Below are positions 1 through 10,409 of a DNA stretch of 64,000 nucleotides, piece after piece. This stretch comes from Candidatus Obscuribacterales bacterium (GTDB taxonomy: Bacteria; Cyanobacteriota; Vampirovibrionia; Obscuribacterales; Obscuribacteraceae), in assembly GCA_965228855.1 (NCBI GenBank), contig CBDDIJ010000002.1:256001-320000 (forward strand), in the 5' to 3' direction. The notes beneath the pieces are model-generated. The model searched no databases. It was not told the origin of the DNA and saw only the letters and a list, made by a program, of their open reading frames with translations. The position numbers and the translations under genes were made by a program. Position 1 is the first letter of the stretch, and the number at the start of each line of letters is the position of its first letter.

Positions 1-447
1 ATCTGGAGCGGTGTCACCGGCGGTGGCATCACCCGAAGAGCTGTTACCGGCATCCGCATCGTCAGCGCCGTGCTTCTCGCCATCGCAACCACAATCGTGG
101 TGCTCGGCTTCGGGCGCGGGCTTGGGCGGCGTCGGCGTTTCCGCGGAGCGAGCGCTCTTCCTGGCGGAGTCGCCGCCGGTGAAGAAGTCGATGATGCTCT
201 TTGCGCCGACGAAGAGGAAGTACAGGTACGAGGCACCGGCCAGCAGTCGGACGGGCATGGCGCCGAGGAACATCGGCGAAGACATCACGCCGGCCAGCAT
301 GACCACACCGACGAACGAGATGGTGAGCGCGTTGTTCTTGCTCAGCCCTCGGTCGACGAGAAACTGATAAACCCGCTTGCTCGTCGAGGCCACGCCGATG
401 AGCAGCGGGATGACGAGAATCAGGCTGAAGGACCACATTCCACCCAT
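1..447 (-). CDS. Hypothetical membrane protein, runs off the left edge of the window
   Basis: ATG at 447 with AGGA upstream; manual translation MGGMWSFSLILVIPLLIGVAST... gives about 3 hydrophobic segments and an acidic tail; frame open to position 1. Confidence 0.7.
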   Translation of the reverse strand, partial: MGGMWSFSLILVIPLLIGVASTSKRVYQFLVDRGLSKNNALTISFVGVVMLAGVMSSPMFLGAMPVRLLAGASYLYFLFVGAKSIIDFFTGGDSARKSARSAETPTPPKPAPEAEHHDCGCDGEKHGADDADAGNSSSGDATAGDTAPD

Positions 448-553
448 GGTGATATTTCCTTTTCGGAGTCAGAGTTGAGAAGGAACTGAGAGCCGGAGCG
501 CATGCAGCGACTCCGACTCTCAGCCGAGTGATTGACGTCAGTTACGAGCTGTT

Positions 554-1252
554 TTACAGCCCGAGCGAGACCAGCACCTTCAGGAAGGCGCCGGGTTGCA
601 GCGTCACCCATGCCAGCAGCGCCGCTAGAGCTGCGTAGGCAGTCGCGTAACCGACCCTGGTGAGGAGCGACACGCGGAAGAAGGACGGGGCGACATCGGC
701 TTGCTGATTGCGCATCTGAATCGCCGTCCAGGCTTCGCGCAGAATCAGGGCCGCCATGATGATGTTGAACAGGTTGAGCCCGATCTGCATCATGAAGTAG
801 ATGAACAGCGGGATACCGAGGAAGTACATCCGGCGTTCGATGGCGAGCGAAATCTTGCCGCCGTCGAGGGGCTCGAGCGGGACCAGATTCAGCAGGTTGA
901 TGACCACGCCCCAGATGCCGAGCTGGAAGAGCAGAGCCCCTCCGAGCACGTATCCGAGCGTAAGCGCGATCAGACTGGCGATGCCGCCGATGAGCGGGCC
1001 GGCAAAGGCGACGAAAGCTTCGTCGCGGGCGTTGGCGCTGTAGCCATTCAGGCGTACCATTGCGCCGAGCGGCGTGAAGACGGGCAGAGAGACGCTCATG
1101 CCCTTCATGCGAGCCGCGTAGAAGTGCCCCATCTCGTGAATGAAGATGAGCACGAGAATCCCGATTGCCATCGGAAGCGACCTGGTCAAGAGGAACCAGA
1201 ACGCGACCGAGATAACAAACGAGATAAGCGAAGTTTGGCGTTCGTTATTCAT
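554..1252 (-). CDS. Site-2 protease family (M50) intramembrane metalloprotease
   Basis: HEMGH zinc motif, AFAGP, NLLNLVPLEPLDGG; multiple TM segments; start placed at MNNERQ. Confidence 0.92.
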   Translation of the reverse strand: MNNERQTSLISFVISVAFWFLLTRSLPMAIGILVLIFIHEMGHFYAARMKGMSVSLPVFTPLGAMVRLNGYSANARDEAFVAFAGPLIGGIASLIALTLGYVLGGALLFQLGIWGVVINLLNLVPLEPLDGGKISLAIERRMYFLGIPLFIYFMMQIGLNLFNIIMAALILREAWTAIQMRNQQADVAPSFFRVSLLTRVGYATAYAALAALLAWVTLQPGAFLKVLVSLGL

Positions 1253-1419
1253 TTTTGAACCTTTCGCGACGCACGTTGCTGTTTCGACTCCGAGTCGAGA
1301 AGCAAAATGCGCCTGTTCGTTCGATCCGAGCATCTGTAAGAAGGCGTTAACGTTACCGACCCGGTGTTAGCGTTCTTCGAGTGATAGGATGTTGTGGGCA
1401 ACACGACTGGGAAACGTCA

Positions 1420-1776
1420 ATGTCGAACAACAACAACTACCGTGAAGACCGCCCGTGGGGCACTTTCATCATTCTTGACGATCTGCCGTACACCAAAGTC
1501 AAGCGACTGGTAGTCAATCCCGGACAGCGCCTCAGCTATCAGAGCCACAAATTGCGCGCCGAACACTGGGTTGTCGTACGAGGCGTAGCGACCGTCACCT
1601 TGGATGACGTGACGAAAGAGTATCGCTACGGAGACCACGTTTTCGTCGGACGGGGAGTCAAGCACCGCATCGCCTGCTTGGGCGACGAGCCGGTCGAAAT
1701 CATCGAGGTCCAAACGGGAGAAGCCTTCCCGGAGGAAGACATCGTCCGCTACTCCGACGATTACAGCCGCAGCTAG
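1420..1776 (+). CDS. Phosphomannose isomerase type II C-terminal cupin domain protein
   Basis: RPWG, RLSYQSH..RAEHW, IIEVQTG..EEDIVR..DDY motifs. Confidence 0.92.
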   Translation: MSNNNNYREDRPWGTFIILDDLPYTKVKRLVVNPGQRLSYQSHKLRAEHWVVVRGVATVTLDDVTKEYRYGDHVFVGRGVKHRIACLGDEPVEIIEVQTGEAFPEEDIVRYSDDYSRS

Positions 1777-1950
1777 ACTCGCACATCTACGCTCACGCTA
1801 ACGCCTTCCATGAGCTGCTGGATTAGCTCGAGAAAGAGAGTTGCAGCCGGCAGGCACACGCCTGGCACGGTTCAAGAAACAGCTTGCAGCCGATCCGCCT
1901 GTAGCGGTGCGGAAAACACCTCACGCGCAGTCACGCGCCAGAGAGCCGCC

Positions 1951-2784
1951 TCAGGTGGAAGCCAGCAGCAGGAGAACAACCGCAGTGCCGTTGTTCAGCA
2001 CATGCGCGATAATTGGGACGTACAGGCTACCAGAGCGTCGATACGACTCCGCCAGGATTGCTCCCGCGACGAAATATGCGATGAAACCGCTCAGATTGAA
2101 GTGCATCAGCGCGAACGCCGAAGCGCTCACGACAAGCGCCACCACGTCGGCCATGACCCTACCTGCGGTGCCCCTGTTCGACAGAGCGCTACGCGTCATG
2201 TTGTACAGGAAGCCGCGGAACACAAGCTCCTCGAAGACCGGACCGACGACCACCAACGCTGCGAGCGCGTAGAGCGGCCACCCGGAGAGCGCCTTGAGAA
2301 AGTCGGCGGCGGGATCGACCACATCGGGCATCGGGACGAAGCTTATGAGCTTGTCGACGCCGATGATGACGAGCCACGTGACGACGCCGCGCCAGAGGGC
2401 CGACCACTTACTGCCTTTGAGACTGTCGAGGTTGAGCCCGACAATCTTCTTCAGGCTGAGCTTGTCCTTGCCCAGTTGTCGCTTCAAATACCAGACTTCC
2501 GCTCCGAAACCGCAGAAGAAGCTGACAATCGAAGAGATCACCAGGAACGGCAGGTAATGGTCGGTCATGATGCGGTGAGGCAGACCTTCGTCCACCAGCG
2601 ACGTCAACATCACACCCGCGATGAGCGCGAGAGCAGAGGCGAAAGTGACCACGAAGTAAATGACGAGCGCGACACCGTAGGTCTTTGCAGACTTGCCGAG
2701 GTCCCACGGGAAATCAGTTTTGAGACGCGCGACAGGATGGAAAATCGCATCCCATGCGCGACTCAGAAGCGTTTTGTTTTTCAT
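1951..2784 (-). CDS. CPBP (CAAX/Abi) family intramembrane glutamic protease
   Basis: EELVFRG, FALMH and HVLNN motifs; hydrophobic. Confidence 0.9.
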   Translation of the reverse strand: MKNKTLLSRAWDAIFHPVARLKTDFPWDLGKSAKTYGVALVIYFVVTFASALALIAGVMLTSLVDEGLPHRIMTDHYLPFLVISSIVSFFCGFGAEVWYLKRQLGKDKLSLKKIVGLNLDSLKGSKWSALWRGVVTWLVIIGVDKLISFVPMPDVVDPAADFLKALSGWPLYALAALVVVGPVFEELVFRGFLYNMTRSALSNRGTAGRVMADVVALVVSASAFALMHFNLSGFIAYFVAGAILAESYRRSGSLYVPIIAHVLNNGTAVVLLLLAST

Positions 2785-3216
2785 GCTGGAATTCCCGACC
2801 TGCTGCTAGCAAAACAGCAGATCTGTAACGTTGACTGCGCAAACCCTTTGCCAGACAGGTGTTTCGGTTTAGCGACAGCGAAATAGCGTTAAACCCCACC
2901 GCACAACAAGTGAGATGAGGACTAAATTTCTGAGGGAAAAATCAGAGCTGTGGCAATAAGTTTGGGGGGACGATAGGAACAAGCGAAGCTTACTGAATCA
3001 AGTTCTTGTTGAACAAACGCGAAGCTACTTCTCGCACGCGTTTATAACTAAGTCTTGTTTCATACTGCGAACTTTGGCTCTGATTAGAGGAGTTTAGAAA
3101 AACTGGAAAGTGATTAACAGTGCGCGACAGAAAGATCAGGTCCCATGCTTGAAGCTACTTTCTTGATTAAGGGAAACAGATAGCGGTCCTTGCGCGAGCA
3201 CCCGAATCGCTACTCT

Positions 3217-3537
3217 CCGATGAAAAAACAACAGATGTGTGAAAAACAGCACAAAAATCCTCGAAAACGGCCTCGTTTTTTACACACTCCGCCAGAGCGA
3301 CTCGTTTTTCTGTCTAAGCGCACTCAATTCGTACTCACCGATGAAAAAGCGGACCTCACCGATGAAAAACAGCAGATGTGTGAAAAACAGCACAAAAATC
3401 CTCGAAAACGGCCTCGTTTTTTACACACTCCGTCAGAGCGATTCGACCTCACCGATGAAAAACAGCAGATGTGCGAAAAACAGCACAAAAATCTTCGAAA
3501 ACGGCCTCGATTTCTGCACACTCCGGTCAGAGCGATT
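3217..3537. repeat. Three near-identical copies of an 85-93 bp A/T-tract-rich intergenic repeat
   Basis: CCGATGAAAAACAGCAGATGTGTGAAAAACAGCACAAAAATCCTCGAAAACGGCCTCG...CAGAGCGA at about 3217, 3359 and 3452; last two copies 93 bp apart. Confidence 0.9.
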
Positions 3538-3694
3538 CTTTTTTTTCGAGAGCGATTCGTTTTTTCGTTTCTAAAGCGGACCATGCGACCAGTTGATGGT
3601 CGCCGATGAATAGATTTCTGGCCCGGTCTGTGTCAGAGCGGGCCACTTTTCATTCATGCGAACCGATTGTGACTCTCGGACAGCTGGTTGGGTT

Positions 3695-5269
3695 TCAAAC
3701 CGTAGCCGCGCTGATAACAGGCTGGTACGACAGTATCGGATTGTCGCGCCCATAGAGCGAAGTTAGCTCTTTCAACTTGTGCGTCACTTCGGGCGTGAGC
3801 GCATCAGCTTTCATGCGCCAAGCCCAGTTCCCTTGCTGTGAGGCAGGCAAGTTCATGCGCGACGAGGAACCTAAACCGAGAACGTCCTGCATCGGAATAA
3901 TCGCGATTGCAGAAACAGACGCAAAGGCGCTGTGAATGAAGTCCCAGTTGATGTTTTTTCCATCGGACTTGAGATATTTCAAACAACGTTCGCGCTCGAA
4001 ATCAATCTGCTCTTGCGTGCGCGAAGAACCCGCTCCTGCCTGACTGTTGAACCAACCGATAGCGGTATCGTTATCGTGCGTTCCCGTGTAGACAACAGAG
4101 TGGGGGATGTAGTTGTGCGGGAGGTCGATGTTGCAAGCGTCGCCCCCAAACGCCATTTGCAGGATCCGCATGCCCGGGAATTCAAACGAATCACGCAGCT
4201 CTTCCACATCCGGCGTGATGACACCAAGGTCCTCGACAATGATTGGAAGCGTGTCGCCAAAGTGTTTCTGCAAGGCGGTGAAAAACTCAGTGCCTGGAGT
4301 TGTAACCCATTTGCCCTTCTGAGCAGTGGTTTCACCGTACGGAATCTCCCAGCTCGCGGCAAAGCCTCTGAAGTGGTCGATACGAATGACGTCGACCATT
4401 TCGAGCGACATTTCCATGCGACGAATCCACCAACCGAAATTATCTTCGCGGATGTTATCCCAGTTATAGAGCGGATTTCCCCAGAGCTGCCCGGTCGCGC
4501 TGAAATAATCCGGTGGCACTCCGGAAACTACAATCGGCACTCCGTCTTCATCCAATTTGAAAAACTCAGGATATCGCCACACATCGACAGAATCGTAAGC
4601 AACGAAGATCGGCAGGTCGCCTACAATCGCGACCTTCTTTTCGTTTGCGTACTGCTTCAGTTTCATCCACTGTTTGAAGAACAAGTACTGGTAGAATTTG
4701 CGCTCCTCGATTTCCTCCCCGTGCGCCGCTTCGACTTTCGCGAGTGCGGCTTCATCTCGCTTGGCCAACTTCGCGTCCCACTTGTCCCAGGACTGTCCGG
4801 CGTTCTTTTCTTTGATAACGCGGAAAAGGGCGTAGTCGTCTAACCACCAGTGGTTCTTCTGGCAAAATGCAAGAAAGGCGGTCTGCAAGCCGGTGTCCGT
4901 AGATTTTTTAAAATTACGGAAAGCCTGCGCCAACAACGCGTTTTTGTAGTCGATCACCTGACCGTAACTGATGCGCTCGTCGTCATCAGACTCAGGCGGT
5001 GAAGCAACATCGTCTTCTTTGAGGAAACCATCTTCAACCACATCGTCAAGGCTTATGAACAGCGCATTTCCTGCGAATGCCGATAAGCATTGGTAGGGTG
5101 AGTCACCAAATCCGGTCGGTCCCAGAGGCAAGATTTGCCAGATGTGCTGCCCGGAGTCAGCGAGAAAGTCAATGAACTCGTAAGCTTCCTTGCCGAGATC
5201 GCCGATTCCATACTTGCTCGGAAACGAGCTCGGGTGCATGAGTATTCCGCTGGAACGTGGAAATTTCAC
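3695..5269 (-). CDS. malQ: 4-alpha-glucanotransferase (amylomaltase, GH77)
   Basis: SGILMHP, GDSPYQ, GVPPDYFSATGQLWGNP, RIDHFRGF, EDLG, YTGTHDN; GTG start at 5269 with GAAGGA RBS. Confidence 0.97.
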   Translation of the reverse strand: MKFPRSSGILMHPSSFPSKYGIGDLGKEAYEFIDFLADSGQHIWQILPLGPTGFGDSPYQCLSAFAGNALFISLDDVVEDGFLKEDDVASPPESDDDERISYGQVIDYKNALLAQAFRNFKKSTDTGLQTAFLAFCQKNHWWLDDYALFRVIKEKNAGQSWDKWDAKLAKRDEAALAKVEAAHGEEIEERKFYQYLFFKQWMKLKQYANEKKVAIVGDLPIFVAYDSVDVWRYPEFFKLDEDGVPIVVSGVPPDYFSATGQLWGNPLYNWDNIREDNFGWWIRRMEMSLEMVDVIRIDHFRGFAASWEIPYGETTAQKGKWVTTPGTEFFTALQKHFGDTLPIIVEDLGVITPDVEELRDSFEFPGMRILQMAFGGDACNIDLPHNYIPHSVVYTGTHDNDTAIGWFNSQAGAGSSRTQEQIDFERERCLKYLKSDGKNINWDFIHSAFASVSAIAIIPMQDVLGLGSSSRMNLPASQQGNWAWRMKADALTPEVTHKLKELTSLYGRDNPILSYQPVISAATV

Positions 5270-6144
5270 AGTTTGGTTTCCTTCTCTAAAACGCAGTAGT
5301 CCCGTCGATTTTGTGACTCGCTCGAAGCGCACCACAAGCCTTTCATCAAGATTAAGGCTATCACTTTCTCGGTTATGCCATGCCCGAAGCGAGAAGAAAC
5401 TGAAGAAGTTGCACTTAAAACAAAATTTTTGTCGATAAACTCACTGAGTTCCAAAAGATCAAAAGAAAGGCCCGATCAGAATAATCTTCTAGGCGAAATC
5501 CCGGTTCCCGCCTGGCTTTGGAAAGTTTTACGAAACCCGCACCAGTAGCCAAGAAAGCTCGCTTGCGCTAATTGCGACAGAGTTTAACCTCCATTAATTC
5601 TACTCGTTTTGAATACTCTCTTTGAGGTTTAAACATCTCGCCAGGCGCGCGAATGTGCCACGCAGTCAAGAGCAACGGCACAAAAACCGAGGCGGGCGGC
5701 GCCAGACGACGACAGGTTGCCAGTCTTTTCTTGGCAACCTCGTCTATGTTAGCAATGACTTACATATCCAATTTCGATTTCCAGCGAGTCCAGAAACCAA
5801 CCGCAGAAACGCTGACTACTCACCAAGATTCAGCTAATCCTTCCGAGGATGCGTATTGGTCTTGTCTCTCGCGAAAGCGCAAACTCCGGTGACGCCCCCA
5901 AAGTGTCGCCGCTACGAAAGGCGCGTTCTCGTCAACGAGCGCGTCATTCAGTGCACGCCCGGCTCTCCGTCTGAGCGCAGCCCCTGCACAACTCTAAACC
6001 GCCTGAAGTGATTCACGCGACCTAGCACCACGACTGCCTTTGACGGTTGTGGGTGTGGCACTGATTGAACAAGTTTCGTTGACGATTAACGCGCTTCTCC
6101 CACGAGCAGCGCGTTTTCAATTTTGAACCGAAAGGAGCCAAAAC

Positions 6145-7863
6145 ATGAAAACGATACACATCTCGATCAACGCGATGTGCTCGCTGCTCGTGGGTGACCC
6201 CTACAACCCCGGCAGCCAGCCATCCCAAGACGCACGCGCTAAGGCTCGTGCGTACTTCACGGCAATGAAACAGAAGGGCGTCGATGGCATCTCCGCCGAC
6301 TTCTGGTGGGGCCAGATTCAGCCCGAATCCGGTCCAATCGACTGGAGCAAACCCGGCGCCGCCTACTACGACTGGCTCGTCGACACGATCATCGAGTGCG
6401 GACTCAAGGTGGTCCCCATCCTGAGCTTCCATCAGTGCGGTGGCAACGTCGGAGACGACGTCTACGTGCCGATTCCGAAGTGGGTCTGGGAAAAGCTGCA
6501 GCGCATCCTGGGCGACGCGAACTTCGCCAAGTTCAAGTCGGAACAGGGAAATCTCTGCGAAGAGTACGTGTCGTTCTGGGCAACCCACCTGGTTCTCGAC
6601 GACTACGCCGCCTTCGTGAAGTCCTTCCGTGACCACTTCGCTGACCGCGCTGCGCACATCAGCGAGATCAACATCAGCCTGGGGCCGGCCGGCGAACTCC
6701 GCTACCCGTCCTACAACAGCCACGACAAGGGTGTCGATTATCCGACTCGTGGCGCGCTGCAGTGCTACTCGAAGCTGGCCGTGGACTCGTTCCGCGACTG
6801 GGTGCTGAAGAAGTACGGAACGCTGGATGGCGTCGACAAGGCCTGGGGCACCGCGACGGCGAAGGGGCAACCCATTCTGCCGCCGAGCAATCCGCTCCAG
6901 TTCTTCACCGACCGCAACCACGTCAACATGCAGTACGGGATGGACCTGTTCGACTGGTACGCCAACGTGCCTCAGGACCATGCCCGCATGGTTCTGAAGA
7001 AGGTGTTCGAGATTTTGGCGGCCGACGATTCCCCGATGAAGGGCATCGACATCGGCGTCAAGGTTCCGGGCATCCACTGGTTGACGGGAACCTGGGAGTT
7101 CAACGCCCAGATCGCAACCGAGAAGCTGCAGGCGGAGCTTGCGAACATCTGTGCTGAGCAGGCCCGCAACTTCGACGGCAAGACCGACGCCGCAACCTAT
7201 GGCGACCAGCTCGCGAAGAAGCTTGCGCAACACGTGCGCACTCGGACCAAGACCTGGAAGCCGGTGGAAGATGGTGGTTCGATCAAGCTGGGCAGCCGCC
7301 TGGCTGAGCTCGCTGCCGGCCTCATCCGCACCTCGGACAGGGCTGACTGGGAGAGCGACGAAGCCGGTCGCGGCTATCGCCCTCTCATCAAGCTCTTCGC
7401 CGAGTTCGAGGGCAACAAGAACAGCCGACTGGTCATGCACTTCACCTGCCTGGAAATGGCTGACGGTGAGGGCGCTGAGCGGAACGCGAATTCGGTTGCT
7501 CAGTCTCTCGTGTACTGGGTCGGTGCGGAAGCTCACCGGCAGGGCGTTCCCATCAAGGGAGAAAACGCCGTGTCGTGGAATCTGCCTCTGCCCGGCGCAT
7601 GGGAGCGGATGCGTCAGCACCTGCTCGACGCAAGCCTGGATGCGAATGGCGTCCGTCAAGGCTGGTTCGAGGGTCTCACGATCCTCCGCATGAACCACGT
7701 CGCCGACGACCCGGTGGCCGCTGCGGAGATGGTGAAAACCACAGCCTACGCAGCGCAGCTCAACGGCGCCCTGTCGAAGCAGTCCAAGTCCGCGCGGACC
7801 CGTGCCGCCGGCAAGCCCACCACGCCACCGCCTGCGGTGAAGCCTGGAGAGAAGATTGCCTGA
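6145..7863 (+). CDS. Beta-amylase (glycoside hydrolase family 14)
   Basis: SFHQCGGNVGDD, LGPAGELRYPSY (catalytic Glu), GIHW, FTCLEM, GENA (second catalytic Glu); AAGGAG RBS. Confidence 0.93.
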   Translation: MKTIHISINAMCSLLVGDPYNPGSQPSQDARAKARAYFTAMKQKGVDGISADFWWGQIQPESGPIDWSKPGAAYYDWLVDTIIECGLKVVPILSFHQCGGNVGDDVYVPIPKWVWEKLQRILGDANFAKFKSEQGNLCEEYVSFWATHLVLDDYAAFVKSFRDHFADRAAHISEINISLGPAGELRYPSYNSHDKGVDYPTRGALQCYSKLAVDSFRDWVLKKYGTLDGVDKAWGTATAKGQPILPPSNPLQFFTDRNHVNMQYGMDLFDWYANVPQDHARMVLKKVFEILAADDSPMKGIDIGVKVPGIHWLTGTWEFNAQIATEKLQAELANICAEQARNFDGKTDAATYGDQLAKKLAQHVRTRTKTWKPVEDGGSIKLGSRLAELAAGLIRTSDRADWESDEAGRGYRPLIKLFAEFEGNKNSRLVMHFTCLEMADGEGAERNANSVAQSLVYWVGAEAHRQGVPIKGENAVSWNLPLPGAWERMRQHLLDASLDANGVRQGWFEGLTILRMNHVADDPVAAAEMVKTTAYAAQLNGALSKQSKSARTRAAGKPTTPPPAVKPGEKIA

Positions 7864-8039
7864 GCCAGCCGTGAGGCTCGCGTAAGGCGAGTTTGCACCT
7901 GGAGAGGAGCGGTCGCCGACGAACATCGGTGATGCGCTCCTCTTCGGCGTGCGAGCTGAGAACCGTAGAGTACACGCGCTCCTCCAACACCCTGGGGAGC
8001 GGCTCCGTGTTAACCGAGGGTCAGAAGGGGAGTTCTATT

Positions 8040-10169
8040 ATGAAAAACAGAATTATAGACGAACTCGTAACTGCCGTCGGCTCCCCTGAGCCTCTCGGAG
8101 CTACGGTTCAGACAACCGGCATCAACTTCGCCGTCCGTTCGGGCGCCGACTCGATGTCCATCAACCTGTTCGCTCACGCCGATGATGTCGAGCCCAAGAA
8201 AGTGGTGCCGATGCACAAGACGGGCGACGTGTTCCACGTCTTCGTCGAGAGCCTGGGCGATCGCACGATGTACAACATCACCGCCCATGGTGCCTGGGAA
8301 CCCAAAGCCGGCAAGCGCTACAACGCCGGAATCCAGCTCATCGACCCGGAAGCACGGATGGTGACCGGCACTCGCAACTGGTTCGCACCGTTCGGTTACG
8401 ACAACAGCAACCCGCAGGACCCGGACCGCCATCTGCGCATGGGACCGAAACCGACCACCGCGACGCCGAAATGCGTTGCGCTGGCGAGTTCGACTTTCGA
8501 CTGGGAAGGCGACACGGCGCCCGATACGCCGCTCGTCGAAACGGTCGTCTACGAAGTCGCCGTCGCAGGCTTCACCGGTCACAAGAACAGTCCGGTCAAG
8601 AAGTTCCGCGGCACCTACCTCGGTTTCATCGAGATGATTCCGCACCTCAAGCGGCTCGGCGTCACTGCGGTCGAGCTTCTGCCGGTGATGTCCTGGTACC
8701 GCAAGACGCAGTTCAAGGACCCGGTCACCGGCGCGGAACTGGAGAACGAGTGGGGCTACATGACCATCGCGTTCGGCGCGCCGGACGAAGGTCTCGCCAC
8801 CATCCCCGGTGCCGAAGTCAACGAGTTCAAAATGCTCGTTCGGGCTCTGCACAAGGCCGGCATCGAAGTGATTCTGGACATCGTGTTCAACCACAGTCCG
8901 GAATCCCACGAGTACGGTCCGACTCTGAGCCTCCGCGGTCTGGACAACAGGACGTACTACCTGCTGGTGCCCAACCAGCTGGACAAGCACTTCCTGGAGG
9001 ACGGCAGCCTGCCGCTCAACTACTCCGGCTGCGGCAACACCCTCAACTGCAACGAGCCGCACGTGCGCGCCCTGATTCTGCGCGTGCTGCGACGCTGGGT
9101 CGAGGAGTTCCATGTCGATGGCTTCCGCTTCGACCTGGCAGCGGTCTTCGGCATCGACTGCGACCTCTCGGTCAAGCCCGATGCTCCGGTGATCGTTGAA
9201 ATCGCCAGAGACCCCGTTCTCCACAAGGTGAAGCTGATCGCCGAACCGTGGAGCGTGGGTGTTTATCTCATGGGGCGCTTCCCGGCTCCGTGGTCGGAAT
9301 GGTGCGGTCGATATCGCGACACCGTGCGTGCCTTCGTTCGAGGCGAAGCCGGCCAGGTCGCGATGCTCGCCACGTCGCTCGCCGGTTCGCAAGACTGGTT
9401 CGGCGATGGTTCGCGCCGTCGAGTGCCAGTCAACTTCGTCACCGCCCATGATGGCTTCTCGTTGTGGGACCTCGTGTCTTACGACAACAAGCACAATGTG
9501 GCGAACGGGGAAAACGGCAACGATGGCGAAAGCCACAACCGGAGCTGGAATTGCGGCTACGAAGGCGACCTCGCCAACGCGCCGTTGTCGGACGACGAGA
9601 AGAAACGCATCGACGCGCTGCGCCGCAAGCAGGTCAAGAATTTCCTGACCCTGCTCATGGTCAGCCGCGGTGTGCCGATGATCGTCTACGGCGACGAGAT
9701 GGGTCGGACCAACGGCGGCAACAACAATCCGTGGTGCCAGCACGAGCTCAACCAGCTTGACTGGAACCTGCTCGAGCAGAACCCGGATCTATTCCGTTTC
9801 GCCAGCATGATGATCGATTTCCGCAAGAGGCACTACCTCGGCGGACGCGGGCACAAGCCGGTCTTTCGGCCGCTCGCGTGGCACGGCGTCGCACCCAACA
9901 AGCCGGACTTCAGCACGGGCACTCGATTCATCGCAGTCGAGCTCGGGCAGTTCACGGCTCAAGGCGTCGACCCGGACCAGGCGGTCTACGTTGCGACGAA
10001 CGGTTACTGGGAGCCGATTCCGGTAAAACTGCCTGCCGGTAACTGGCACCGCATCGTCGACACGAACCTCGCTTCCGGCGCGGACATCGTGGAAGACGAC
10101 AACGCCACCGCTCTTGGTGGCGAGTACATCCTGCAGCCGCGCTCGACCATCGTGCTTGTGCGGAAGTAG
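8040..10169 (+). CDS. glgX: Glycogen debranching enzyme / isoamylase (GH13)
   Basis: PLGAT, VILDIVFNH, NYSGCGNTLNC, DGFRFDLA, LIAEPW, NFVTAHDGF, GDEMGRT..GNNN. Confidence 0.95.
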   Translation: MKNRIIDELVTAVGSPEPLGATVQTTGINFAVRSGADSMSINLFAHADDVEPKKVVPMHKTGDVFHVFVESLGDRTMYNITAHGAWEPKAGKRYNAGIQLIDPEARMVTGTRNWFAPFGYDNSNPQDPDRHLRMGPKPTTATPKCVALASSTFDWEGDTAPDTPLVETVVYEVAVAGFTGHKNSPVKKFRGTYLGFIEMIPHLKRLGVTAVELLPVMSWYRKTQFKDPVTGAELENEWGYMTIAFGAPDEGLATIPGAEVNEFKMLVRALHKAGIEVILDIVFNHSPESHEYGPTLSLRGLDNRTYYLLVPNQLDKHFLEDGSLPLNYSGCGNTLNCNEPHVRALILRVLRRWVEEFHVDGFRFDLAAVFGIDCDLSVKPDAPVIVEIARDPVLHKVKLIAEPWSVGVYLMGRFPAPWSEWCGRYRDTVRAFVRGEAGQVAMLATSLAGSQDWFGDGSRRRVPVNFVTAHDGFSLWDLVSYDNKHNVANGENGNDGESHNRSWNCGYEGDLANAPLSDDEKKRIDALRRKQVKNFLTLLMVSRGVPMIVYGDEMGRTNGGNNNPWCQHELNQLDWNLLEQNPDLFRFASMMIDFRKRHYLGGRGHKPVFRPLAWHGVAPNKPDFSTGTRFIAVELGQFTAQGVDPDQAVYVATNGYWEPIPVKLPAGNWHRIVDTNLASGADIVEDDNATALGGEYILQPRSTIVLVRK

Positions 10170-10409
10170 GAACGGCTGTGCGCCGGAGACTCTGCAGCAA
10201 TGCAGCCTGTCTCCGGCGCGACGCGCTCGGGATGCAAATCCACGCGCGAGGTGGCAAGCGATGAGCTTGCCGTGGACAGTGAGAGCCGTCATGTCAAACG
10301 ACTGACGACTCGGGATTCTCTAACAACGGCTCCGCGGAATGTTTCCGCGTCGCCAAACCCAGACCAGACGAACCGAGGGAAGTTCTTCCTCACAACCGGA
10401 GAAAAAATT

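Noticed and set aside
5622..6144. Riboswitch or small gene upstream of the beta-amylase
   Set aside because: Small hairpins such as CGCGAAAGCG are present, but I cannot match any riboswitch consensus and the short ORFs lack support.
6022..9743. Long antisense ORFs (6022-7926, 8010-9743, also 17088-18686, 29882-31783, 35673-38132, 52138-53757, 62811-63812)
   Set aside because: Shadow ORFs opposite well-supported genes, expected with high GC3; no recognisable motifs or RBS.
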